From Macrostomum lignano (Eukaryota), in NCBI GenBank assembly GCA_002269645.1, contig NIVC01003986.1, forward strand, positions 1 through 64,000: a stretch of 64,000 nt of DNA, read 5' to 3'. Position 1 is the first letter of the stretch. Each line of letters begins with the position of its first letter. A model generated the notes under the pieces. It saw only the letters and a program-made list of their open reading frames with translations, had not been told where the DNA came from and did no database searches. Below, piece after piece: positions 47,336-59,197 of the stretch. The translations under genes and the position numbers were made by a program.

Positions 47336-49169
47336 CGCCACTTACAGCAAAAGCGCGCCGCCGGATCGCCGAGTTTATTAGCTGAGCAGAAGCTGCGCCG
47401 AGGCCAAGGCTGAGCAGTGAGTAGGCAAGCAACTCCAACTTTTGCTATTCTGTCCGCGGACAGCCGCTGCAGGATTTGTAAGCAGGGGAGGCGGAGGTGG
47501 GGAGGCGGGGGATTAGGGGCAGGGGGCGACCACCTCCCTAGCCCGCCAGTTCTTTCTCACCCGTCGACTTTTCTCACCCCGGCAGGGGGGGGGGCGCGTC
47601 TGAATGAACCCTCTCTGGGGAGGGAGGGACCTGGGCTAAAAATAGCCCGCGGGTTGGGGTGGTGGGGCGGGGATCAGCAGCGGCAGGGAGTACAGCGGGG
47701 CGGCCAGAAACTTCATGCCCGCGCTTTCAATTCTCCGGAAAGTCAGGCGAAGGCTGGGGGGAACACTGCAGGGATGCGGACAGCTACAAGCTTATGCACT
47801 GGCACAGGAGACAGGCTGAGCAGCCCTGCCGAATGGAGGGTCAGCTTAAAGCCAAAGCAAACAGATTGACGGCGGAACCCCCGCCGCCCTCGCTTCGCCC
47901 GGGCTTTTGCACTCTTGTCTGCCCCCTCGAGCGCCTTAATCCCCCAGCCCCACCCACTAATCCTTCTCGAACCACTTGGAGTCGCCCATGGGAGACACTT
48001 AGCAGAAGACTCGCTCGCAGGCACTCAGCGCTGTGTTTTACTGGAGCGAGCCGCACTCCCGGCCTGCCCGACTCGTTTTGGCCTGCAGTCAGCCGCGAAC
48101 CCCCGCGGGGATCGCGCGGTTTCTTCCGGCCGAATTGAAGCGGCAGGCATGGGAGAGCACGCGTGCGGCCCCGCCCTGATGCTCCGCTGTCTGCTTTAAT
48201 GCTGCGAGTCCGGATTGCTGAACTGCAAAGCAATGGCCAGGAGAGTCTGATCCAGCTAAATGAGTCATTCACTTGGTGTGGCACCGCTGCGGAAGGCAAC
48301 TTCCTGCGTGAGGTGCTTTGCAGCTCCCATGATGGGCGAAGGTTGGGCCCGCCACTCTCTGTGTGCTTGAGGGCACCATAATGCGCTGGGGCGCCACTCT
48401 TTGTGCGTTGGCGGTGCCAAAATGTGTGTTGGGGGCGCTACTCTGTGTTGGGGGCGCTACTGTGTTGGGGCGCTACTCTGTGTTGGGGGCGCTACTCTGT
48501 GTGTTGAGGCTGCAAATCTTTGTGTTGGGGCGCCTCCTTCTGTGAGTTGGCGGCGCCAAAATGTGCGAGTATGTTAGGAGCGCCATGTGTTGGGATGGCC
48601 ATGTGTGTGGGGGGGCCATGATGTCAGGGGGCGACACAAGCCGCCAGTGTTACATGTACATGTGGGGCATCACAAAACGCAGCTCAAGCAACCGTTAATT
48701 TTTCTTGACAGTCGCTCTTGCTTTGCCGCAGGTCCAGTGCAGCCCTGCGGGGGGCACAGCAGGGGGCCACAGCTGAGCATTTAAACGAGCTGAGCAGCCA
48801 AAGCTGATCCTGCATGATGAAGCGCAGGGCTGCTGGCACTGCCTAAGAGTCACGCAAAAGAAGCTTGACTTTCCCCTGCCACATCTCCGATCCCAAAATC
48901 CTTTGTCTCGCCCCGTCGCTACATGAGCTCGTAATTGGGATTTTTATCCGCTCGGCACGGGATCGGGTTGCACGCGAGTCGCGCTGAAAACATGGGGACT
49001 GCAGCTCCCGCGGCTCTCAGGTTTCCATGCATTGATTTCCATGCAGTCTCATTTCTGTTGCCTCACTGAGCCCCGGGGCCAGAGATGGGGCGGGAAGGCG
49101 GAGCAGAAAGATCATCATGAGATTCTGCAAACATTATAGAGTACCTTATAGTTGGCAGCAGTTTCCTCA

Positions 49170-49930
49170 AAAGATTCAGAACTCCATGAACAGTCGTTTG
49201 AGCATGGATATAAGATACCTTTACAGATTCAGAACTCCATGAACAGTCGTTTGAGCATGGATATAAGATACCTTTACATTCAGAACTCCATGAACAGTCA
49301 TTTGAGCATGGATATAAGATACCTTTACAGATTCAGAACTCCATGAAGTCATTTGAGCATGGATATAAGATACCTTTACAGATTCAGAACTCCATGAACA
49401 GTCATTTGAGCATAGATATAAGATACCTTTACATTCAGAACTCCATGAACAGTCGTTTGAGCATAGATAAAAGATATCGCTCCAGATCTTAGATCTAGAA
49501 ATCCATGAACAGATGAGCATTCATTCCACTAGCAGCTGATCGCTCCAATCTTAGATCTAGAAATCCATGAACAGATGAGCATTCATTCCACTAGCAGCTG
49601 ATCGCTCCAGATCTTAGATCTAGAACTCCATGAACAGATGAGCATTCATTCCACTAGCAGCTGATCGCTCCAGATCTTAGATCTAGAACTCCATGAACAG
49701 ATGAGCATTCATTCCACTAGCAGCTGATCGCTCCAGATCTTAGATCTAGAACTCCATGAACAGATGAGCATTCATTCCACTAGCAGCTGATCGCTCCAGA
49801 TCTTAGATCTAGAACTCCATGAACAGATGAGCATTCATTCCACTAGCAGTTGATCGCTCCAGATCTTAGATCTAGAACTCCATGAACAGATGAGCATTCA
49901 TTCCACTAGCAGTTGATCGCTCCAGATCTA
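49170..49930. repeat. Two adjacent minisatellites: ~51-bp unit (~6 copies) then 63-bp unit (~7 copies), sharing AGAACTCCATGAACAG
   Basis: Direct periodicity; switch at about 49475. Confidence 0.93.
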
Positions 49931-51594
49931 CGGCCCCTGCTTCGATCCCATGCGCTGGGATATCATCCCAGGCACTCATTTTTGCGCCGCAGGCTCGCAT
50001 TTTAGCGCCCCAGGCACTGTACATGTATTTAGTCACCCTGAAGCAAAATTATTGATTTCCATAACGGGTCACAAGGTTGGGCGAAGGGAACAAAGCATTG
50101 GCATGCCCCCAACAGCTTTTGAGGGGACATGTCCCCCCTGTTCCCCCCCCCCTTGGGTTGCGTGTTGTGTGCTCAGGAGCCAGAAGATTGGGCAGAAACG
50201 CCTCAGTTCTGGCTCCGAGACGATGCCGCAACAATGCCCGCAGCGCTCCTGAAAATATAACTTTGATCTTGGAGCAGCCGTTCAGATTGCATAGGCCAGC
50301 TCCTCAGGTGTGAAGCAGGAAGACGGAATGCGAAGCTGTGTCGAATTTCAGCTACAAGCAAAAAGAGCCAATTTCGGTCTAGAAACTTGATTGGGTTACA
50401 TTTATGCTAATCATATTTATTGAATCGGCCACAACAATCAGGGCAACAGAAAAGCATCAAACAAGCCGCCAGTACAACCGAGCCCCGAGCTGGGGAGCCG
50501 GGCAGAAAAAGCTGCAGAAGCGAATCAAACGAATCAAGTCCTGCCCACGATTAACCGCAAAGCCACACCCGAGATTAGCCGGCAGCCAAAAATACAGTGG
50601 CTATGAGAACAAAAATTGAAGCGCAGGAATAGACAAACAGAATACAAGAGAGAGTAAATATTTGCTGAATAACATCAACAATTAAATAAGATGCTTAGGC
50701 GATAAAAATGGCAAAATTGCAGACACTGGGCATTGCACTACTCGCTACAAACAATTGCAAGCAAATTGCTTTATAATGTCTATTTTAATTAGAAAATAAT
50801 AAGCTAGATGCGCTACTATATTTGCCAGCTAAGTAGTAGCGAGCGAACCTATATTCAACAGCAAAGTCTAAAATTGGATTGCATTGGTAAAATTCTAAAA
50901 AAATCGAATACAAAAAGCACTGATGAGCTGCAGACTGAGCCCAAGCCTCGGTAACTGCGGCCCGGGGGTGAGACTCAGAGAGCGAAACAGCAGACCCGCA
51001 GAGACAGCAGCTGCCAGCGGCGATTCGCGGCAGAGAGCCCTGGCAGACCTGCTGGCTGGCACTGAGGACAGTTTTGCAATGGGCAGGTGAGGGACGGCTT
51101 GCATCCAGTCTGGGGATCTGGGAAACTCACCAAGCAACTGATGATCTGGCAGACACCCATCAACTGGGGTCTGGGAGGCTGGCCCAGCAACTGGGGATCT
51201 GGGAGGCTGGCCCAGCAACTGGGGATCTGGGAGGCTTACGGTCTCAGTGAGCAGCACAGAGCAAGACAGAGTTCAGCTATGCTCAGCAGACTGCCGGGCG
51301 GGCATCTCAGGCCGCAAAGGCGACCCAAACGCAAGTTCAGCAACAGCAAGCAACAAAAATAAATTGCATACAATGGAAAACGCGGAAGCAGTGGAGCGCG
51401 GGTTCTCGAACACAGAACAGCTAAAAGGGTTGTCTGAGGCAATGCGCGCAGAGCAGTATTATGCTAAGGTTGCAGTTAACCCATGTGGCAAGGCGGGTCG
51501 GGCCTGGAGTCTGTGAAGAATTTCGCTACGCAAAAACATTTTTGGATCGCCCTCGTGCCGGGCCTGCGCACTGAGAGATGGAGGGCGTGAGGAA

Positions 51595-52100
51595 CGGAGA
51601 GAGATCGTGAGAAATGGAGAGAGATCATGAGAAATGGAGAGATCATGGGAAATGGAGAGATCATGAGAAACGGAGAGATCATGAGATATGGAGAGATCAT
51701 GGGAAATGGAGAGATCATGAGAAACGGAAAGATCATGAGATATGGAGAGATCATGAGAAACGGAGAGATCATGAGAAACGGAGAGATCATGAGAAACGGA
51801 GAGATCATGAGAAACGGAGAGATCATGAGATATGGAGAGATCATGAGAAACGGAGAGATCATGAGAAACGGAGAGATCATGAGAAACGGAGAGATCATGA
51901 GAAACGGAGAGATCATGAGATATGGAGAGATCATGAGATATGGAGAGAGATCGTGAGAACGGAGAGAGATCATGAGAAATAGAGTGAGATCATGAGAAAC
52001 GGAGAGAGATCATGAGAAATGGAGTGAGATCATGAGAAACGGAGAGAGATCATGAGAAATGGAGTGAGATCATGAGAAACGGAGAGAGATCATGAGAAAT
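51595..52100. repeat. 18-bp minisatellite GAGATCATGAGAAACGGA (20-bp variant distally)
   Basis: Direct periodicity. Confidence 0.95.
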
Positions 52101-52475
52101 GGACAGACAGAGCATGGGGCAGAGGTAGTAGGCAGTGTGCAGTAGTAAACGTGCTGAAACAAACGCAGCAGCACCCCACTGCGCAGCAAAAGCAGCGGCG
52201 CGGCAAGACGACAGAGCCCGGGGGGACAGGAGTAAAATATAGGCTCGTATTTATAATAATCCACTAAAGCCTTGCAGGCTAATCAATCATCAAGAAGTTG
52301 GTGCGCCAGTGAATAATAATAAGTGTGCCGGCTTATAAAGACAGCGAGCCGCACTTGTAGACTCGTACAGCAGCAGGCAGGCAGACAAGCAGGAATCGAA
52401 TGCGGCGACAAACAGTCTGAGGATTCGCGAGATCGTTAAAAAATAGTCTGTAAGCCGAGTCCCAATCAGCCCGTC

Positions 52476-55400
52476 TCAGACCCGGTGAGCGTTGAAGGCC
52501 TCCCGCTTCTTGGGGTCCGTCGTGTAGCCGCCGATGAAGGAGCCGTCCTCGGCGAAGCGACCTGCAGAAGTGGGCGGGGAGGGGCGGAGCTGGCAGTGGG
52601 GAACCGGGGATCTGCGGAGCTGGCAGTGGGGAACCGGGGATCTGCGGAGCTGGCAGTGGGGAACCGGGGATCTGCGGAGCTGGCAGTGGGGAACCGGGGA
52701 TCTGCGGAGCTGGCAGTGGGGAACCGGGGATCTGCGGAGCTGGCAGTGGGGAACCGCGGATCTGCGGAGCTGGCAATGGGGAACCGGGGATCTGCGGAGC
52801 TGGCAGTGGGGAACCGGGGATCTGCGGAGCTGGCAGTGGGGAACCGCGGATCTGCGGAGCTGGCAATGGGGAACCGGGGATCGGTCTCTGCGGAGCTGGC
52901 AATGGGGAACCGGGGACCTGCGGAGCTGGCAATGGGGAACCGGGGATCGGTCTCTGCGGAGCTGGCAATGGGGAACCGGGGATCGGTCTCTGCGGAGCTG
53001 GCAATGGGGAACCGGGGATCGGTCTCTGCGGAGCTGGCAATGGGGAACCGGGGACCTGCGGAGCTGGCAATGGGGAACCGGGGACCTGCGGAGCTGGCAA
53101 TGGGGAACCGGGGACCGGTCTCTTGCGGAGCTGCACTCAGCCAGATTGGCAGGCCTTGCCCAGCACTCCCCGGGGACTGCGAGCCTCCCTTCTACGAGTA
53201 TACAAGTAGCCGGCCTTTGCCTGCTTAGAAGATTTCCAAAACAGAACCGAGCACATTGCATGGATTACTTAGACTGCTCAACTTCAAAAACGGCTCTTCA
53301 ATCAAAGTAACAACCGAGATTATCCAAATCGCAGAGCTCACACAGAGCTGCGTTAGAAATATTTCAAGTGCGGGATCAGAATTCCTCAATTCTCGTTTCG
53401 GGATCTGAACTTGAGCGGTGCGGAATCTGAACTACTCATTAGTGTGGAATGCGACACGCAGATTTGGGCAAAGGTTTGACACTCCTAACTCCATGGAGAT
53501 CACTCCATAACGTGAAACGAGTAAAACGAGTAATGAGCACGCTTGTATCTTGATAGAAAAGCCACGTAAACAGTACAATGTCAGGGGCACTAGCCAGACA
53601 AAGAGCCTCTGGCTCAAGAAGAGAGCTAAGATGCTAAATAGAGCAGCCAGTCATGGATTAATAAATTATGCTAGCTAGCAGGCAGCACGAACGGGCTGGG
53701 AGGCAACCAGTTCACACACGGAGACCGCAGAGCCAGCCAACTATTAACAGCCAGTCGAATTATTACAATAATAGTCAGACAGGCCATGCAAGCGCGCAAT
53801 TTAGAGCGATTCTTCAGCCATATTTAGCGATAAAGTCGGAAATGTTGCAGAGCGGCATCAGAGTTTCTCAGCAGTGCACTTGGCGCAGCAAAGCAAACCC
53901 GAATTCTTTCCGTTTTCCTCTGCAATGTTGCAGCAGCGCAAGATGTGTCGCGGGAAATTAATGCAGGTGCATGATTTTTAGGCAGACGAAGTTGCTGAGC
54001 CTTTTTTAGAAATCAAACCTTTGCCCGTATCTGCATATCGCATTGCATTTCGAACGCTTTATATAATACAAGGCCGAAATTCCACATATTTGTGAGCAGG
54101 ATTCTTTCACAAGACCGAAATACTTGTGAGCAGGATTCTTTCACAAGACCGAAATACTTGTGAGCAGGATTCTTTCACAAGACCGAAATACTTGTGAGCA
54201 GGATTCTTTCACAAGACCGAAATACTTGTGAGCAGGATTCTTTCACAAGACCGAAATACTTGTGAGCAGGATTCTTTCACAAGACCGAAATACTTGTGAG
54301 CAGGATTCTTTTGCAAGACCGAGATTTCACATAGTTGTGAGCAGGATTCTTTCACCAGACCGAAATTTTACATATCTGTGAACAAGAATATTTTCCAACA
54401 CTGTACAAGATTCAAGCAATGTGCAATCATCAGACTTGGGAAACTACAAAACTTTATTTGGAAGCACACTATTCGGAAATAATTTAGGCATATGATGAGA
54501 CTCGGGACATCTAAAACTGCAGCCCCATCCGGGTGGGCAATAAAGAACTTCGGCGGGCCAGTTTCTCCTTCCAATGCTGCATCTGCAGCTCCACCCGCAG
54601 CCAAATAAAATGCGCTGCCATCTCCGCCCCCAGAGCCAAGCGAAACACGTCAGCCTGGAAGAGTCGCAGAGCCCGCCACCCCAGTGGGAACATATTTTTA
54701 ATTTATGACCGACAGACGCGCAGCGGCTGACTGACCGGGATGAAGGACAAAAGCAGCCACTGCAGTTTAGCAGCCGCGAAGCCCGGGGACACCCGAGCCA
54801 CTCACTCCCTCTTGCAGGCCGAGGCCCGCCGGCCGCATGCGTCACCACCGAGCGGCCGCCACCCCCGGCCCGCAGCCAGCGCTAACAGGATCAGTCAGGC
54901 GAGCGCAGACAGGCGTGACGGATGGATAAATCATATTTACTACTCGCGAGCGCAGCGCCATGACTGGGTGCGGCCCAACTATAGCTCGTATATGCATGCA
55001 ATACAGCAGATTCTTTTCTTTGAATTTCGCATTGAAAGACGGCGACCTTAACAAAACAGTTTGACCTTGGAGCAGTGGTGCCGCTATGAGTGAGGCCCTA
55101 TTGTATTCACTGGCCCGTTGAACTAGCAAGGGAACCTCTAGCCATAGGAGCTGGCTTTCATATTTCATATCTTTCAGTGCAAAACAATTATTGATTTCCT
55201 GCAACAATTCAACAGGCCAATAGCTCAGCAATAGACAAGGCCCGGCCCCCAATCACTCACCGACATCAGTGCCGACAACCCAATCACTCACCGACATCAG
55301 TGCCGGCAACCCAATCACTCACCGACATCAGTGCCGGCAACCCAATCACTCACCGACATCAGTGCCGGCAACCCAATCACTCACCGACATCAGCGCCGGC

Positions 55401-56213
55401 AACCCAATCACTTACCGACATCAGCGCCGGCAACCCAATCACTCACCGACATCAGCGCCGGCAACCCAATCACTCACCGACATCAGCGCCGGCAACCCAA
55501 TCACTCACCGACATCAGCGCCGGCAACCCAATCACTTACCGACATCAGCGCCGGCAACCCAATCACTCACCGACATCAGCGCCGGCAACCCAATCACTCA
55601 CCGACATCAGCGCCGGCAACCCAATCACTCACCGACATCAGCGCCGGCAACCGAATCACTCACCGACATCAGCGCCGGCAACCCAATCAGTCACCGACAT
55701 CAATGTCGTCATCGTTGCCGTACTCGTCCAGCTCCTGGTCGTCTTTGCTGGCAGCCGAGATGCTGGAGCTCAGGGACAGCCGAGAGGCTTTCAGGCCGCC
55801 TTCCTCGGGCCGCTGGTACTCCTTGAACTGCTCCTCCTTGGCCTCCAAGTCCGGGTGGTTGCCTTGCTGTCGCTCCTTCTCGTCCAGCATGTACGTCTGG
55901 CCGGAGTCGCGGCGCAGCAGGAAGACCAGAAGGGCGGCGATCAGCAGCAGCAGCAGGAAGGCGATCAGGATGGCCACCAGGATGCCCGGCCCGGCCGAGG
56001 CCACCTCCAGCACCGGCTTGCCCTGCGGGACCGAGCGGGTGGTGTCGGCTTGGGGAGGCAGTTTCAGACACACACAGAGACAGACAGACAGAGAGACAGA
56101 CAGACAGACAAAGATACAGACAGACAGACACAGACAGACAGAGAGCCAAACAGACAGACAGACAGACAAAGATACAGACAGACAGACAGACAGACAGAGA
56201 GCCAAACAGACAA

Positions 56214-56252
<39 letters not shown>

Positions 56253-59197
56253 GAACCAAACAGACGGAGACAGACAGAGAGACAGACAGACGGACAGACA
56301 GACAAGCCTCACCTGAAAGTCTATACCCATTACGATGGGCCGGAGGCTGGAAGCCACATCAAAGTCCGTAGAGTAGAAGCACATGCGGTCGGCGCGGCAG
56401 TCTTTGTCGCCGGCGGCCACATCGCGCGAGCCGTGTCGGTCTTTATGCAGCTGAAGGTTAACCAGGCTGACCCGGCTGGGGTAGCGGAAGTTGAACACCG
56501 GCGTGAGGGTCTTGCGCTTCTGAAGCTCGACCAGCACCTTGTCGTCGGTGATGGGGTGCACCTACAGGCAGCGGGATGGGAGTTCGAACTCGACTGAGGG
56601 CAGAGTTTTGGCGACATCAACCTACAGGCCGAGGTGAGGCTAGCAGGCGGAGTGCACAGCAGCCAGCGTTCTTTGGGCTCTCGAACATGGTGGGTGTCAG
56701 CACTGGGGAGCCACTGCAGGAACCAATCCAGGGCCCACACCAGGAATCACTTCATGGGTCTTTGCGTGGAACACAATACATGTAGAAACTACTCTAGTGA
56801 CCACAACAGGGTCACTCCAGTAGTCATAACAAGGGTTACTCCAGTGGCCACAAGGGTCACTCCAGTGTCCACAAGGGTCACTCCAGTACGTGGTCACAGC
56901 ACAGCAGGGTCACTCCAGTAGTTACAACAAGGGTTACTCCAGTGGCCACAAGGGTCGCTCCAGTGGCCAAAACAGGGTCACTCCAGTGGCCACAGCAGGG
57001 ATCACTCCAGTCACCACAGCAGGGATCACTCCAGTCACCACAGCAGGGATCACTCCAGTCACCACAGCAGGGATCTAGGGCCCACTCCAGAAGAGGACGG
57101 TGCGATACCGGTCTAGCTGGTTGAAACCGGCTACCTTGAACCTGACAAGACCAGTTGGAACCAGCAGCTCACCTTGAACGTCAGCCTGTTAGTATCGCGT
57201 TCGAAGGTAATTTCGGACACGCCCTTCTGGTTGATGATGTTCAGGTCCTTCAGATAGACATCGTCAATCTTAAACATGGCCATCACCTCCACGCCGATGG
57301 CTTTGAGCTTAGCGGTGACCTCGGGCTTGAGAGCCACGGAGAACTCGGCCCCGGACGCGGTGGAGCAGCGCTGCTCCGAGCAGTTCCTGGCCCTGCTCAG
57401 GTCAAAGCTGGCAGGAGTTGGCCGATGTAGGAAGAACACGCTGCTGCCGGACTCCACGACGTATTTCGGCATGCCGATCTTCTCAGCGTCCGCTTTGCCG
57501 ACGGTGGCCCGGCAGATAACGCGGTGGGTGAAGTCCCTGCCGGTCGAGGAGTCACCGGGCGGCACCCTGCTCACCGTGATGTTGATGGTCCGCCTGTCCG
57601 TCAGGGAGGTCAGCGTGTCCACCGACACCGTCCGCGAGCCAAACAGCGAGTTGAACTCGCTCATCCGCAGCTCCTTCCAGTCCGCGCTTTCGCGAACGGC
57701 CGGCGAATAGAACACGGGCTCGGCGGTCACTTGAGCGACGTTGTTGAAATAAGTGGAGCAGTTGTAGGACATGGACTCGCCCTCCATGGCGTAGATGACG
57801 GCTGGCAGGCTGCCGGACACTTCGCTGGGGCCATCGGACGGCTTGTAGCTGAATTGCGGCATGCTGACTACGTCCGCGTTAAATGTGAACTTCTTGTTGC
57901 CCGCCTCGCACATGTACTGGCCGGCGTGACGGTTCTGCGCCGTCGGCGGGAACTCGATGATGTTGCCTGTCTTGGAAACCCGGATGCCGTCAACCTCGGT
58001 CCAGTCCTTGGTGCTCATGGGGGTCAGAGCCTTCCTCCTGTGGTCCTTGCTGGTGTGCGTGAACTTGTAGACAGTGAGCGGGTCCGAGCAGATGATGGGG
58101 CACACCAGCGGCGTGTGGTCCATGCCGGAGAATATGGAGATCGGCTCCTCATTCACGTTGTCGGGCAGAGAGCAGTCAGGCGCGTTGACTCCCTGCTTGG
58201 TGTACATCACCTTGTCTCTGGGGATCTTCTGCTCAACGGAGAAGGTCCGGTCGTATGGTTGGCCCTGGCCGGAAAAAGACAGCGTGGCGCAGATGCCGAC
58301 CTGCGTCGGCGAGCGCCCCTCGAAGGAATTGAAAATGCTGGCGCTGAGGCCGTAGGCGGCGTAGTGCAGCCTGCCGGTGGCCAGGTTCAGGTGGATGTGC
58401 TTGAGCAGGTTCTGCGCCTTGTCGTCAAGCTTTGAATGATAATTCACGAACAGGGCCGCCCGGGACACCTGGTAGTTCTCGCAGGACCCGGCATCGAAGT
58501 TGAGCACGGCTCCCATGTTGATCTTGGCCCTGAGAAACGGCGGGGCATTTCTTAGCGCGTTGACCACGGAGGGGTCGAGAAATTCCTTAAAGCCGAAGTT
58601 GGACTCCATCTTCAGGTTCTTGAGAAACGACACGGCATCCGGCGTCAGAAAGCGAGTAGAGATGGACGAGCCGCTGGACGTCTTGCTTCTGTATTTGCCC
58701 AGGGGTTCCAGACTCCACACGAACAGGCTGTTGGACACCAGCTTCACCTCCGGCTGTCCGGCCACAAGCACTTCCACCAACAGCTCCAGCTTGCTGTTGA
58801 ACACGTCGTAGGAGCCCAGCGGCGTATCCAGCAGCTTGAACTCGTAGGAGCCCTCCTTGGCATCGATGATGCGCACCGAGAACGGGATCTGCGTGCTCTC
58901 GCACCGCTCCTGGTGGCGGGTCACCGATGACAGGTCGATGGTGTTGAAGGTGGCGCTATTGGCGCACTTGTACTTGAGAACGGCCGAGTGGCCGATGTCC
59001 GCCCTGCCCTCCAGGGCGATCTTGATCTTCAGGCTCTTGTCGGGCATTAGGAAGGCCATCATGTTCGGGCTGCCGACCTCCCAGACTTCGTCCCAAGAAA
59101 GGAGAATCTTGCCAGTCTGGGAGAAGTTAAAGCGCACCTTGTCCTCTGCAGCCGCGGCTGCCAGGCACAGCACCAGGACACAGCCCAGAGACAGCAT
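52476..59197 (-). CDS. Type I membrane protein with Ig-like ectodomain segments and an L1/neuroglian-type cytoplasmic tail (FIGGY)
   Basis: Exons 59197-57173 (signal peptide [18 protein letters not shown]; Ig-like AGQYMCEA and GESMSYNC...HRVIC), 56561-56313, ~56022-55695 ([26 protein letters not shown]; YMLDEKE...FKEYQRP...LDEYG) and 52561-52476 ([13 protein letters not shown]). Phases are compatible. The acceptor of exon 3 is tentative and additional small exons are possible. Confidence 0.75.
52578..53125. repeat. 30-bp (36-bp variant) minisatellite GCGGAGCTGGCAGTGGGGAACCGGGGATCT, ~17 copies, at the 3' end of the last intron
   Basis: Direct periodicity. Confidence 0.95.
54090..54365. repeat. 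34-bp minisatellite TTGTGAGCAGGATTCTTTCACAAGACCGAAATAC, ~7 copies
   Basis: Direct periodicity (54090, 54124, ...). Confidence 0.95.
55248..55702. repeat. 31-bp minisatellite spanning the exon/intron junction, ~14 copies
   Basis: The minus-strand unit GTGAGTGATTGGGTTGCCGGCGCTGATGTCG includes the last 8 exonic nt and the donor. Confidence 0.93.
56068..56302. repeat. Degenerate (ACAG)n microsatellite in intron
   Basis: Tetranucleotide run between exons 2 and 3 of the L1-tail gene. Confidence 0.93.
56800..57070. repeat. Degenerate 20-23-bp tandem repeat (GGGTCACTCCAGTGGCCACA core)
   Basis: About 12 imperfect units in intron 56562-57172. Confidence 0.8.

Noticed and set aside
46495-47645. MEF2-like sites (TTAAAAATAG on the minus strand near 46500; CTAAAAATAG at 47636)
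   Set aside because: Short AT-rich motifs expected by chance, and the transcription start is unknown.
47400-48400. GC-rich ORFs as 5' exons (signal peptide/TM) of the PTPRN-like gene
   Set aside because: No TM segment, IA-2 ectodomain motif or consistent splice pattern could be identified.
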